Assembly (NCBI GenBank): GCA_023260395.1
Contig: JALQVI010000002.1
Span: forward strand, 1,867-65,866
From: Candidatus Nanopelagicales bacterium
Lineage (GTDB): Bacteria; Actinomycetota; Actinomycetes; S36-B12; UBA5976
Direction of reading: 5' to 3'
DNA length: 64,000 nt
Numbering within the stretch: position 1 is the first letter of the stretch; the number at the start of each line of letters is the position of its first letter. The notes below the pieces were generated by a model. That model made no database searches. It was not told the origin of the DNA and saw only the letters and a list, made by a program, of their open reading frames with translations. The position numbers and the translations under genes were made by a program. Below are positions 11,799 through 19,044 of the stretch, one piece after another.

Positions 11799-11804
11799 AT
11801 TCTA
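11799..11804 (-). promoter_or_regulatory. -10-like TAGAAT, 6 nt before marR ATG (leaderless candidate)
   Basis: On the minus strand the arrangement is TAGAAT-gtagtc-ATG(11792). Confidence 0.45.
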
Positions 11805-11832
11805 AGGGAAATACTTGAAACTTAAATTATTT

Positions 11833-12588
11833 CTACCGTTCCCAGATCTTTATGCCGCCCAGAATCCCAGCGGTATTTGATACTACGGTGACGTTTTCGC
11901 CCAGCGTAACTCCGTCTAAATGTCGACCGTTGCCACCGCCGATGTAGATGTGATCAAAGAATAAGAACTGGTTGTATGCATCAATGGCTTTCAGTACCCG
12001 TTTGATCCAACGTTCTTTGCCTACTTCGCGTCGCGCGGCATTACCAATTTGTTCCTCGAAAGTCATGCCTTTGCGAAATGGTGCGTGACCAAGTTCAAAA
12101 TGCGGCAAGAGCATGCCGTCAAAAAATAGCGCGGTGCCAACGCCGGTACCTAACGTCATGACGAATTCCAGGCCGTTGCCTTGAATTGCGGCGCAGCCTT
12201 GAACATCAGCGTCATTTGCTACACGCACAGGCTGATGAAACTTTTCATCCAATGCGGACTCGAGGTCAAACCCTTCCCATGCTGCGATGAGCTCGGGGTC
12301 AAACTCGCCTTCGAGAGTGCTCTTGCTGAATGACGGAATGTTAAACACTCGACCACCGCGCACCAAGCCAGGAAAACCCACGGCAACGCGATGAAATTGA
12401 GGAAGTTGTGATGCCAGATCTTCGATCGTTTCAAGAATGACTGATGGGGGACATGGGTAAACGTTTTCAATGCGAACACGTTCGCTAATCATCTCGCCTT
12501 GCGCATCAAGCAGTGCACCTTTGATTGCGCTACCGCCGACGTCAATGGCTAGCGTCACCACATCGTCTGGAAATGCGTAGTTGCTCAT
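11833..12588 (-). CDS. ppgK: ROK-family polyphosphate/ATP glucokinase
   Basis: N-terminal LAIDVGGSAIKGA. The ~250-aa size is typical of actinobacterial PpgK. Confidence 0.75.
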   Translation of the reverse strand: MSNYAFPDDVVTLAIDVGGSAIKGALLDAQGEMISERVRIENVYPCPPSVILETIEDLASQLPQFHRVAVGFPGLVRGGRVFNIPSFSKSTLEGEFDPELIAAWEGFDLESALDEKFHQPVRVANDADVQGCAAIQGNGLEFVMTLGTGVGTALFFDGMLLPHFELGHAPFRKGMTFEEQIGNAARREVGKERWIKRVLKAIDAYNQFLFFDHIYIGGGNGRHLDGVTLGENVTVVSNTAGILGGIKIWER

Positions 12589-12599
12589 TGTTGCCTCAC

Positions 12600-13460
12600 T
12601 TATTGCAGTGTCAGAATTTCGGCACCTTCTGGGGTAACTACTAGCGTATGTTCAAATTGGGCAGAACGCTTGCGATCTTTAGTAACAACGGTCCAATCGT
12701 CTTTCCACATGTTCCAGTGATGAGTGCCCAAATTCAGCATGGGTTCGATCGTAAACGTCATGCCGACTTCCATGATGGTGTCGAATTCAGCAGAATCGTA
12801 GTGAGGGATGATCAGCCCAGTATGAAATGCGGTGCCAATTCCGTGTCCTGTGAAGTCGCGCACGACCCCGTAACCATGGCGCTTCGCAAAAGATTCAATA
12901 ACTCGTCCAATCACGTTAATTGGCCGACCAGGTTGAACGGCCGCAATGGCCCGACGCAGAGCTTCTTCGGTTCGCTCAACGAGTAATCGAGATTCTTCGT
13001 CAACGTTGCCACAGAGATACGTGGCATCGGTATCGCCGTGGACGCCGTTGATGAAGGCTGTGATGTCAATGTTGACGATGTCGCCATCTTCGAGAACTGT
13101 TGAATCAGGAATCCCGTGGCAGATTACTTCATTGATGCTGGTGCACAAAGATTTAGGAAAGCCACGGTAACCAAGTGTGCTCGGATAAGCATTGTGGTCA
13201 AGAAGAAACTCATGGCCAATGCGATCTAGTTCATCGGTTGTGATTCCTGGTGCGATGTGGGTACTGACCTCGTGCATTGCCTGGGCAGCGATACGTCCGG
13301 CGATGCGCATCCGTTCGATTGTTTCTGCGTCCTGGATGTCTGGTCCGGTGTATCGCGTAGGAGCTTTTTTGCCGACGTATTCAGGTCGAGCAATAGTGGC
13401 TGGCACTGATCGCATTGGAGATATGGTGCCTGGCGTCAAAGTTCCTAGAGGTGCATTCAC
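12600..13460 (-). CDS. map: Type I methionine aminopeptidase
   Basis: Pita-bread fold motifs are present (..VICHGIP.., ..DIVNIDIT.., ..FTGHGIG.., ..TIEPM.., ..EHT..). The start is GTG. Confidence 0.9.
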   Translation of the reverse strand: MNAPLGTLTPGTISPMRSVPATIARPEYVGKKAPTRYTGPDIQDAETIERMRIAGRIAAQAMHEVSTHIAPGITTDELDRIGHEFLLDHNAYPSTLGYRGFPKSLCTSINEVICHGIPDSTVLEDGDIVNIDITAFINGVHGDTDATYLCGNVDEESRLLVERTEEALRRAIAAVQPGRPINVIGRVIESFAKRHGYGVVRDFTGHGIGTAFHTGLIIPHYDSAEFDTIMEVGMTFTIEPMLNLGTHHWNMWKDDWTVVTKDRKRSAQFEHTLVVTPEGAEILTLQ

Positions 13461-13466
13461 TCGTTA

Positions 13467-13472
13467 ATTCTA
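13467..13472 (-). promoter_or_regulatory. -10-like TAGAAT, 6 nt before map GTG (leaderless candidate)
   Basis: On the minus strand the arrangement is TAGAAT-taacga-GTG(13460). Confidence 0.45.
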
Positions 13473-13493
13473 AGTTGGTGACACACTGGTGTT

Positions 13494-13652
13494 ATGCAGT
13501 GGTGGTTTTGTCTCATTCACAAGTCCGTTGAGCAGGGCGCTGGTTGTCCGGACGAATCGCGTCTAGGCCCATACGAATCAAAAACGATGGCCGAGGGTGT
13601 CTTGGAGCGTATGAAAGCTCGACAAGAGTCGACAGATAAAAACGACGATTAA
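13494..13652 (+). CDS. Small conserved-looking hypothetical protein (52 aa), below the ORF-track cutoff
   Basis: I hand-translated ATG 13494 to TAA 13650-13652 as MQWWFCLIHKSVEQGAGCPDESRLGPYESKTMAEGVLERMKARQESTDKNDD. It fills an otherwise empty gap and ends just before a strong hairpin. No clear SD is present. Confidence 0.45.
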   Translation: MQWWFCLIHKSVEQGAGCPDESRLGPYESKTMAEGVLERMKARQESTDKNDD

Positions 13653-13660
13653 GTCTTCTT

Positions 13661-13698
13661 GGAAAAAGTAAGAACCCCGTCCATTGCTGGACGGGGTT
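13661..13698. terminator. Hairpin terminator between convergent genes; a U-tract is present on the minus-strand side
   Basis: AACCCCGTCCA-ttgc-TGGACGGGGTT (13673-13698) forms an 11-bp perfect stem. On the minus strand it is followed by cttaCTTTTTCC. Confidence 0.8.
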
Positions 13699-13719
13699 CC
13701 TCCCGAAGTATTGGGAAAG

Positions 13720-13845
13720 TTACTTCTTCTTAGCAGCAGCCTTCTTGGCTGGAGCCTTCTTAGCAGCAGCCTTCTTGGCTACAGCCTTCTTCTTAGCTGG
13801 GGCCTTCTTGACGGCCTTCTTAGCTGTGGTCTTCTTGGCAGCCAC
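13720..13845 (-). CDS. 41-aa Lys/Ala-repeat basic protein (histone H1 / HU-tail-like, AKKA repeats)
   Basis: AGGAGG (13850-13855, minus strand) lies 4 nt upstream of in-frame GTG 13845. The translation is VAAKKTTAKKAVKKAPAKKKAVAKKAAAKKAPAKKAAAKKK. A 25-nt internal direct repeat has a 30-nt period. A strong terminator lies downstream. The ORF-track 65-aa version adds 24 unsupported residues. Confidence 0.65.
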   Translation of the reverse strand: MAAKKTTAKKAVKKAPAKKKAVAKKAAAKKAPAKKAAAKKK

Positions 13846-13917
13846 AGTTCCTCCTGAGGGGTAGTACTCTCGGACTTCCCGAAAGTTCTTAAGTAATAGC
13901 GTGGCAGACAAAAACAC

Positions 13918-14292
13918 ACTTAATGGTCAAATATCAAAGATATTTCCCAGCGTGTCGCAATTCACTTCAACGACTTTTTTGTGTACGAGCGAAACAGTTT
14001 TTGGATCGGTAAATATCAAGTTCAAAAAACCCTTGAGAATACAAGGAAATTTTACTGAATAAACTTTTTAGGAATTTGTGTTGTGAAGAATATTTACGAA
14101 ATAGAGCGTAAAAAAACATCGAAAAAAAATTAAAAAATTTTGAAAAATTCAAAAAAATCATGTCGAAAACACACTCTCGCGAAAAGTTTGCAGTGATTTT
14201 TGTTTTTACGAATGAAATTAAAATTCTTTCATCGTTATTCAACAACAAAAATAGTCACGAATTTTTCATCGTGTTGCATTGTTGAGTCATCG
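13918..14292. other. AT-rich intergenic block with helically phased A-tracts (predicted curved DNA), upstream of the Lys/Ala-repeat gene
   Basis: A-tracts start at 14110, 14122, 14132, 14143 and 14151, a spacing of 8-12 bp. Positions 14101-14160 contain only 10 G/C in 60 nt, against about 50% GC for the window. The motif CGAA(A/T) recurs at least 7 times. Confidence 0.6.
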
Positions 14293-15117
14293 CTATTCGT
14301 ATGAATGTTCGTTATCTGGATATGTTCCATTAACAACATCCTGTGCCCAAGCGCGACTTGCATCCATCATGATGTTGCGAAGATCTGCATATTGTTTGAC
14401 GAACTTTGCGGGTTTGCCAGGTGTTAAGCCCAACATGTCCTGCCAAACAATTACTTGTGCATCGCATTTGGCGCCTGCGCCGATTCCAACAGTTGGAATT
14501 GAAATCGCTTCGGTTATTTCTCGAGCAAGTTCAGCTGGAATAACTTCTAGTACGACGGCAAAAGCACCAGCAGCCTCGAGTGCCTTGGCGTCGGCCACGA
14601 TGTGGGCACCGTGTTCGCCACGTCCTTGAACTCGGTATCCGCCCATCGAATGAACATGTTGTGGACGTAAGCCAATGTGGCCAACAACAGGGATGCCGGC
14701 GGTGACCAATGCTGATACATGAGCCTGCATCTCGATGCCGCCCTCGATTTTGACTGCATGTGCGCCTGCTTCTTTCATGAAGCGAGTAGCGGTTTCTACC
14801 GCTTGACCTGGCGTGATATACGTGCCGAATGGCAGATCTGCGACAACCATCGCTCGCTTACTCGAACGCACCACTGCGGCCACAAGCGGTAGTAAGTCAT
14901 CTGTAGTGATGGGAATTGTGCTGTCGTATCCGTAGACGACCATCGCGGCAGAATCGCCAACGAGCAACACAGGAAATCCTGCTTCATCAAAAAGGCTGGC
15001 TGTTAATGCGTCGTAACTCGTAATCATTGGCCACTTATCACCGAGTGATTTTGCAGCTGTCAGATCACTGATTGTGATTCGTCGTGATTGCGCGCCACCA
15101 TACAAAGGCATGCTCAT
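14293..15117 (-). CDS. panB: 3-methyl-2-oxobutanoate hydroxymethyltransferase
   Basis: Full-length PanB-like sequence (..LLVGDS.., ..VVADLPFG.Y.., ..AVKIEGG.., ..IPVVGHIGL.PQ..). GGAGCA lies upstream of the ATG. Confidence 0.9.
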   Translation of the reverse strand: MSMPLYGGAQSRRITISDLTAAKSLGDKWPMITSYDALTASLFDEAGFPVLLVGDSAAMVVYGYDSTIPITTDDLLPLVAAVVRSSKRAMVVADLPFGTYITPGQAVETATRFMKEAGAHAVKIEGGIEMQAHVSALVTAGIPVVGHIGLRPQHVHSMGGYRVQGRGEHGAHIVADAKALEAAGAFAVVLEVIPAELAREITEAISIPTVGIGAGAKCDAQVIVWQDMLGLTPGKPAKFVKQYADLRNIMMDASRAWAQDVVNGTYPDNEHSYE

Positions 15118-15179
15118 GTTGTTGCTCCGATTCTCGAGGCTGCTTTAGCAGTCCCCGGACGCTTTCCAGCATAGGGGAG

Positions 15180-16898
15180 TTATGAGCGTTCCTGCCATTT
15201 GTTTGTCATAGGCAGGCGGCGATCTCGGCCAAAGGCTCGGCGGGAAACCTTTGTGCCAGGTGGATATTGGCGGCGTTTGTATTCGGCACCATCCGTGAGA
15301 CGCAGGGTTCGTTCAACAACTTCAGGGCTGAATCCGGCTGCAATGATGTCGGCAGCGCTTTTGTCATGCTCGACATACAAATTGAGGATTGCATCAAGTT
15401 CGTCGTAGTCAGGTAACGAGTCACTGTCGAGTTGGTCAGGTCGCAGTTCTGCGCTTGGTGGCTTGGTGATGCTATTTGGTGGGATAGGAGCAACTTCGCC
15501 GCGAAGTTGTGCTTTCTCATTTCGCCACAGCGAAAGTTTCCAGACATCGATCTTTGGCACATCTTTGATCGGGGCAAAACCACCTACTGCATCGCCATAA
15601 ATTGTTGAGTAACCGACGGCCAGTTCACTCTTGTTTCCTGTCGCTAAAACTAGGTGTCCTTCTTGGTTAGAAATTCCCATGAGCGTCGTGCCACGAACTC
15701 GGGCTTGTAAGTTTTCTTCGGCCAAGCCGGTGAGTCCTAGTTCAGTCAGGTAGCTGTTGACCATTGGAGCGATTGACACTGTGCGTAAGTGCATTCCAAG
15801 TCGCTGTGCGCTGTCGGCGGCATCTCTACGAGAGTGTTCAGAAGAATATTCCGAAGGCATGGATACGCCAAACACTCGGTCCGAGCCAAGGGCGTCGCAG
15901 GCAATTGCTGCGACGAATGCCGAGTCGATTCCACCAGACATTCCAAGTAACACCGATGAAAAGTGATTCTTGTTGACGTAATCGCGCAAACCAGCGACCA
16001 GAGCGGTGTACACCTCTTCTTCGGGACTCAATGATTGAACAATGGTTCCGTTCATGTGATTGTCGTTGGTCGAATGTGCAGTATTGAGAATGATGTCTGC
16101 GTCGCCATGAGCTGATGGGAGATCCAGGTCAAGGATTAATAATTCGGACGAGAACTGGGCCGCGCGTGCGAGTAATGTTCCGTCGGCAGCTACGACAAGC
16201 GAATCGCCTTCGAATACCAGTTCGTCTTGACCACCGACCATGTTGACGTACGCAAGTGCAGTTCCAGCCTCGATTGCGCGTCGTTGCACAAGCGCTAAGC
16301 GAACATCGTCTTTTTCGCGTTCGTATGGTGAGCCGTTGAGGACAGCCAATAGGCCACAGTTAGAGTCACGTACTCGTGCGACTGGACCGCCTTCTTGCCA
16401 TAAGTCTTCGCAAATTGCGATGGCAATGTCTACGTCAAAAGCTCGCACGACGAGGGACTCGTCACCTGGAACAAAGTATCGATATTCGTCAAAGACGCCG
16501 TAGTTCGGCAAGTGATGCTTGGCATAGTGAGCTACGACGTCGCCGCGATGAATAATGGCCGCGCAATTCATCGGCGCTCCACGCGGCACTCCAAGTTTTG
16601 TTGAATCTGCATCGTCAGTTCCGCGAAGGTATCCAGCGATGACTACGCTTTCGCCGAAACCTGCGCTGTTGATATCAACGGCAAGTTGCGTCAGAGCATT
16701 TTCTGAGGCTCGTTGAAAAGATGGACGTAAGGCTAGGTCCTCAACAGGGTATCCAGTGACAACCATTTCAGGCAGCACAATGATTTGTGCGCCTTGGCTA
16801 GCGGCCTTAGCTACCGCATCCAACGAAAGAGCGCAATTACCTGCAAGATCGCCAACGACAGGGTTTATTTGGGCTAAAGCAAGGCGAATTGTGGGCAC
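15180..16898 (-). CDS. nadE: Glutamine-dependent NAD+ synthetase (CN-hydrolase domain + NAD synthetase domain)
   Basis: N-terminal nitrilase-like domain (IRLALAQINPVVGD..) and a C-terminal PP-loop GMSGGIDS. GTG 16898 was chosen because of its -10/leaderless geometry and because the 23 extra ORF-track residues are not NadE-like. Confidence 0.85.
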   Translation of the reverse strand: MPTIRLALAQINPVVGDLAGNCALSLDAVAKAASQGAQIIVLPEMVVTGYPVEDLALRPSFQRASENALTQLAVDINSAGFGESVVIAGYLRGTDDADSTKLGVPRGAPMNCAAIIHRGDVVAHYAKHHLPNYGVFDEYRYFVPGDESLVVRAFDVDIAIAICEDLWQEGGPVARVRDSNCGLLAVLNGSPYEREKDDVRLALVQRRAIEAGTALAYVNMVGGQDELVFEGDSLVVAADGTLLARAAQFSSELLILDLDLPSAHGDADIILNTAHSTNDNHMNGTIVQSLSPEEEVYTALVAGLRDYVNKNHFSSVLLGMSGGIDSAFVAAIACDALGSDRVFGVSMPSEYSSEHSRRDAADSAQRLGMHLRTVSIAPMVNSYLTELGLTGLAEENLQARVRGTTLMGISNQEGHLVLATGNKSELAVGYSTIYGDAVGGFAPIKDVPKIDVWKLSLWRNEKAQLRGEVAPIPPNSITKPPSAELRPDQLDSDSLPDYDELDAILNLYVEHDKSAADIIAAGFSPEVVERTLRLTDGAEYKRRQYPPGTKVSRRAFGRDRRLPMTNKWQERS

Positions 16899-16904
16899 GG
16901 AATA

Positions 16905-16910
16905 AGCGTA
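16905..16910 (-). promoter_or_regulatory. -10-like TACGCT, 6 nt before nadE GTG 16898 (leaderless candidate)
   Basis: On the minus strand the arrangement is TACGCT-tattcc-GTG. Confidence 0.4.
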
Positions 16911-16946
16911 ATGCGTGTAACACAGCCGTAACGAATGCACGGCAAT

Positions 16947-18293
16947 ATGGCAGATGTGGATAAGCAAACAGAATTTGTATTACGCACGATGGAAGAACGA
17001 GACATTCGCTTTGTGCGACTGTGGTTCACAGATGTTTTGGGCACATTAAAGTCAGTGGCAATTGCTCCTGCTGAACTTGAAGGTGCGTTTGCCGAAGGTA
17101 TCGGCTTTGATGGCTCAGCCATCGAAGGTTTTGCTCGAGTCTACGAATCGGACATGTTGGCTAAGCCAGATCCAGAGACATTTTCAGTTCTTCCGTGGCG
17201 GGGTGAAGAGCAAGGCGTTGCCCGCATGTTCTGCGACATCATGTTGCCAGACGGCTCTGCATCATTTGCTGATCCTCGCAATGTCCTCACTCGACAGTTA
17301 GCTAAAGCAGCGGACCTTGGTTTTACGTTCTACACGCATCCTGAAATCGAGTTCTTCTTGTTTAAGGATCAGCCAGAACGTGGTAGGCGACCTGTGCCTG
17401 TTGATGAGGTCGGTTACTTTGATCACTCGCCATTAGGTATCGGTTACGACTTCCGCCGAACTGCAATCACCATGCTCGAATCCATGGGTATCTCGGTGGA
17501 ATTTAGTCATCATGAAGGCGCACCTGGCCAGCAAGAAATTGATTTGCGTTATGCCGATGCGCTCACTACGGCGGACAACATCATGACGTTCCGCGCTGTC
17601 ATGAAAGAAGTGGCATTGTCGCAGGGCGTTTATGCCTCGTTCATGCCAAAGCCATTCGCTGAATATCCAGGTTCAGGTATGCATACGCATTTGTCCTTGT
17701 TCGAAGGCGATCGCAATGCTTTCTATGAGCCAAGTTCTGAGTATCAACTCAGCAAGACGGGACGCCAATTCATAGCCGGGCTGCTCAAGCATGCGCCAGA
17801 AATTACTGCAGTGACGAATCAGTGGGTGAACTCCTACAAGCGCCTTGGTGGCGGTGGCGAAGCGCCATCATATGTTTGTTGGGGTCACAACAATCGTTCT
17901 GCATTGATTCGTGTACCGATGTACAAGCCAAACAAGGGCAACTCCACACGAATTGAATTCCGTTCCATTGATTCAGCATGCAACCCATACCTTGCCTTTG
18001 CGCTGATGTTGGCTGCGGGGCTAAAGGGAATTGAACAAGGTTACGAATTGCCACAAGGCGCCGAAGATGATGTTTGGTCACTCACCGACAGTGAACGGAC
18101 AGCGCTTGGAATTGAACGCCTTCCAGAATCGCTTGGCCAAGCGATTAAAGCGATGGAGCGAAGTGAATTAGTCGCAGAGACCCTCGGTGAACACGTATTC
18201 GACTTCTTCTTGCGCAATAAGCGGGCAGAATGGCAGGAATACCGTTCGCAGGTAACTGCGTTTGAACTTGATCGTTACCTGCCAGTTCTTTAG
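16947..18293 (+). CDS. glnA2: Glutamine synthetase-fold protein, GlnA2 type (no adenylylation motif)
   Basis: The N-terminus ..EFVLRTMEERDIRFVRLWFTDVLG.. is typical of actinobacterial GlnA2, and it lies in the conserved position next to glnE. The start is ambiguous among ATG 16935, ATG 16947 and GTG 16956. Confidence 0.85.
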   Translation: MADVDKQTEFVLRTMEERDIRFVRLWFTDVLGTLKSVAIAPAELEGAFAEGIGFDGSAIEGFARVYESDMLAKPDPETFSVLPWRGEEQGVARMFCDIMLPDGSASFADPRNVLTRQLAKAADLGFTFYTHPEIEFFLFKDQPERGRRPVPVDEVGYFDHSPLGIGYDFRRTAITMLESMGISVEFSHHEGAPGQQEIDLRYADALTTADNIMTFRAVMKEVALSQGVYASFMPKPFAEYPGSGMHTHLSLFEGDRNAFYEPSSEYQLSKTGRQFIAGLLKHAPEITAVTNQWVNSYKRLGGGGEAPSYVCWGHNNRSALIRVPMYKPNKGNSTRIEFRSIDSACNPYLAFALMLAAGLKGIEQGYELPQGAEDDVWSLTDSERTALGIERLPESLGQAIKAMERSELVAETLGEHVFDFFLRNKRAEWQEYRSQVTAFELDRYLPVL

Positions 18294-19042
18294 TGGCAAG
18301 AAGGAGTCCCACCGTCGTGAATCCTCGAGTTCTCGTTATTCAAAATGAAGAATCGGCGCCAGCAGCTCTCGTTGGTGAATGGCTAGAAGAAGCTGGCTTA
18401 AGTCTTGACGTGGTCCATGCATATGCCGGCGAAGCGATTCCTGATGTCTTGCCGGCAACGTATGCAGGCGTTTTGGCTTTCGGTGGGGCCATGGGTGCAA
18501 ACGATGACGTTGAATTTCCTTGGCTTGCTGGTGAGCGCGCCTTGCTGGCTCACTCGGCAGATGCAGACGTTCCAACCTTTGGCGTTTGCCTAGGTGCTCA
18601 AGTGCTTGCAACTGCAGTTGGAGGCACATCGACGAGGGCGGATGTCATTGAGATTGGCGCCTATGACATCGACATTCTTTCTAGTGCCCAAAATGATGCA
18701 GTTTTTGGTGCTCTTTCAGGTCGGTCAGTTAAGGCAGCACAGTGGCACCAAGACTGGATTGCCACACTGCCCGAACGTGCAGTTGTGCTGGCCTCAAACC
18801 AAAATTGCCCAGTTCAAGCATTTCGTGTTGGCGAAAATGTTTATGGCGTTCAGTTCCATCCTGAAGTTGATGCTGCTTCGTTTAAAGAGTGGTACAACGT
18901 GGCAGACGAAGCTGCCGATCGTTCCGGCATCGACATGGCTATTGCTGTGGACCAAGTTCGTGATGCCGAAGAGGAAATGATTGCGACGTGGCGTCCAGTT
19001 TTCCATGCTTGGGCAAACCTTGTGAAGCAACGCCAAGGTTAG
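18293..19042 (+). CDS. Class I glutamine amidotransferase-like protein (GATase1 / peptidase C26-like)
   Basis: Nucleophile elbow GVCLGAQ and an HPE dyad (VQFHPEV). The GTG start shares one nt with the glnA2 TAG (TAGTG). Confidence 0.8.
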   Translation: MARRSPTVVNPRVLVIQNEESAPAALVGEWLEEAGLSLDVVHAYAGEAIPDVLPATYAGVLAFGGAMGANDDVEFPWLAGERALLAHSADADVPTFGVCLGAQVLATAVGGTSTRADVIEIGAYDIDILSSAQNDAVFGALSGRSVKAAQWHQDWIATLPERAVVLASNQNCPVQAFRVGENVYGVQFHPEVDAASFKEWYNVADEAADRSGIDMAIAVDQVRDAEEEMIATWRPVFHAWANLVKQRQG

Positions 19043-19044
19043 AG

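Noticed and set aside
13846-13917. Longer 65-aa version of the Lys/Ala-repeat gene (GTG 13917)
   Set aside because: A perfect AGGAGG sits inside this extension just before the in-frame GTG 13845, and the extra 24 residues (MFLSATLLLKNFREVREYYPSGGT) have no repeat character. It remains an alternative but is not preferred.
13967-14248. 93-aa minus-strand ORF inside the AT-rich block
   Set aside because: The translation is dominated by Phe, Lys, Ser and Asn arising from homopolymer A/T tracts. It has no SD or -10/start geometry and no recognisable family, so it is most likely an artefact of low-complexity DNA.
16953-16961. Perfect DnaA-box 9-mer TGTGGATAA
   Set aside because: It is a single copy inside the glnA2 coding start with no cluster and no adjacent AT-rich unwinding element. 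About one such hit is expected by chance in a window of this size on both strands.
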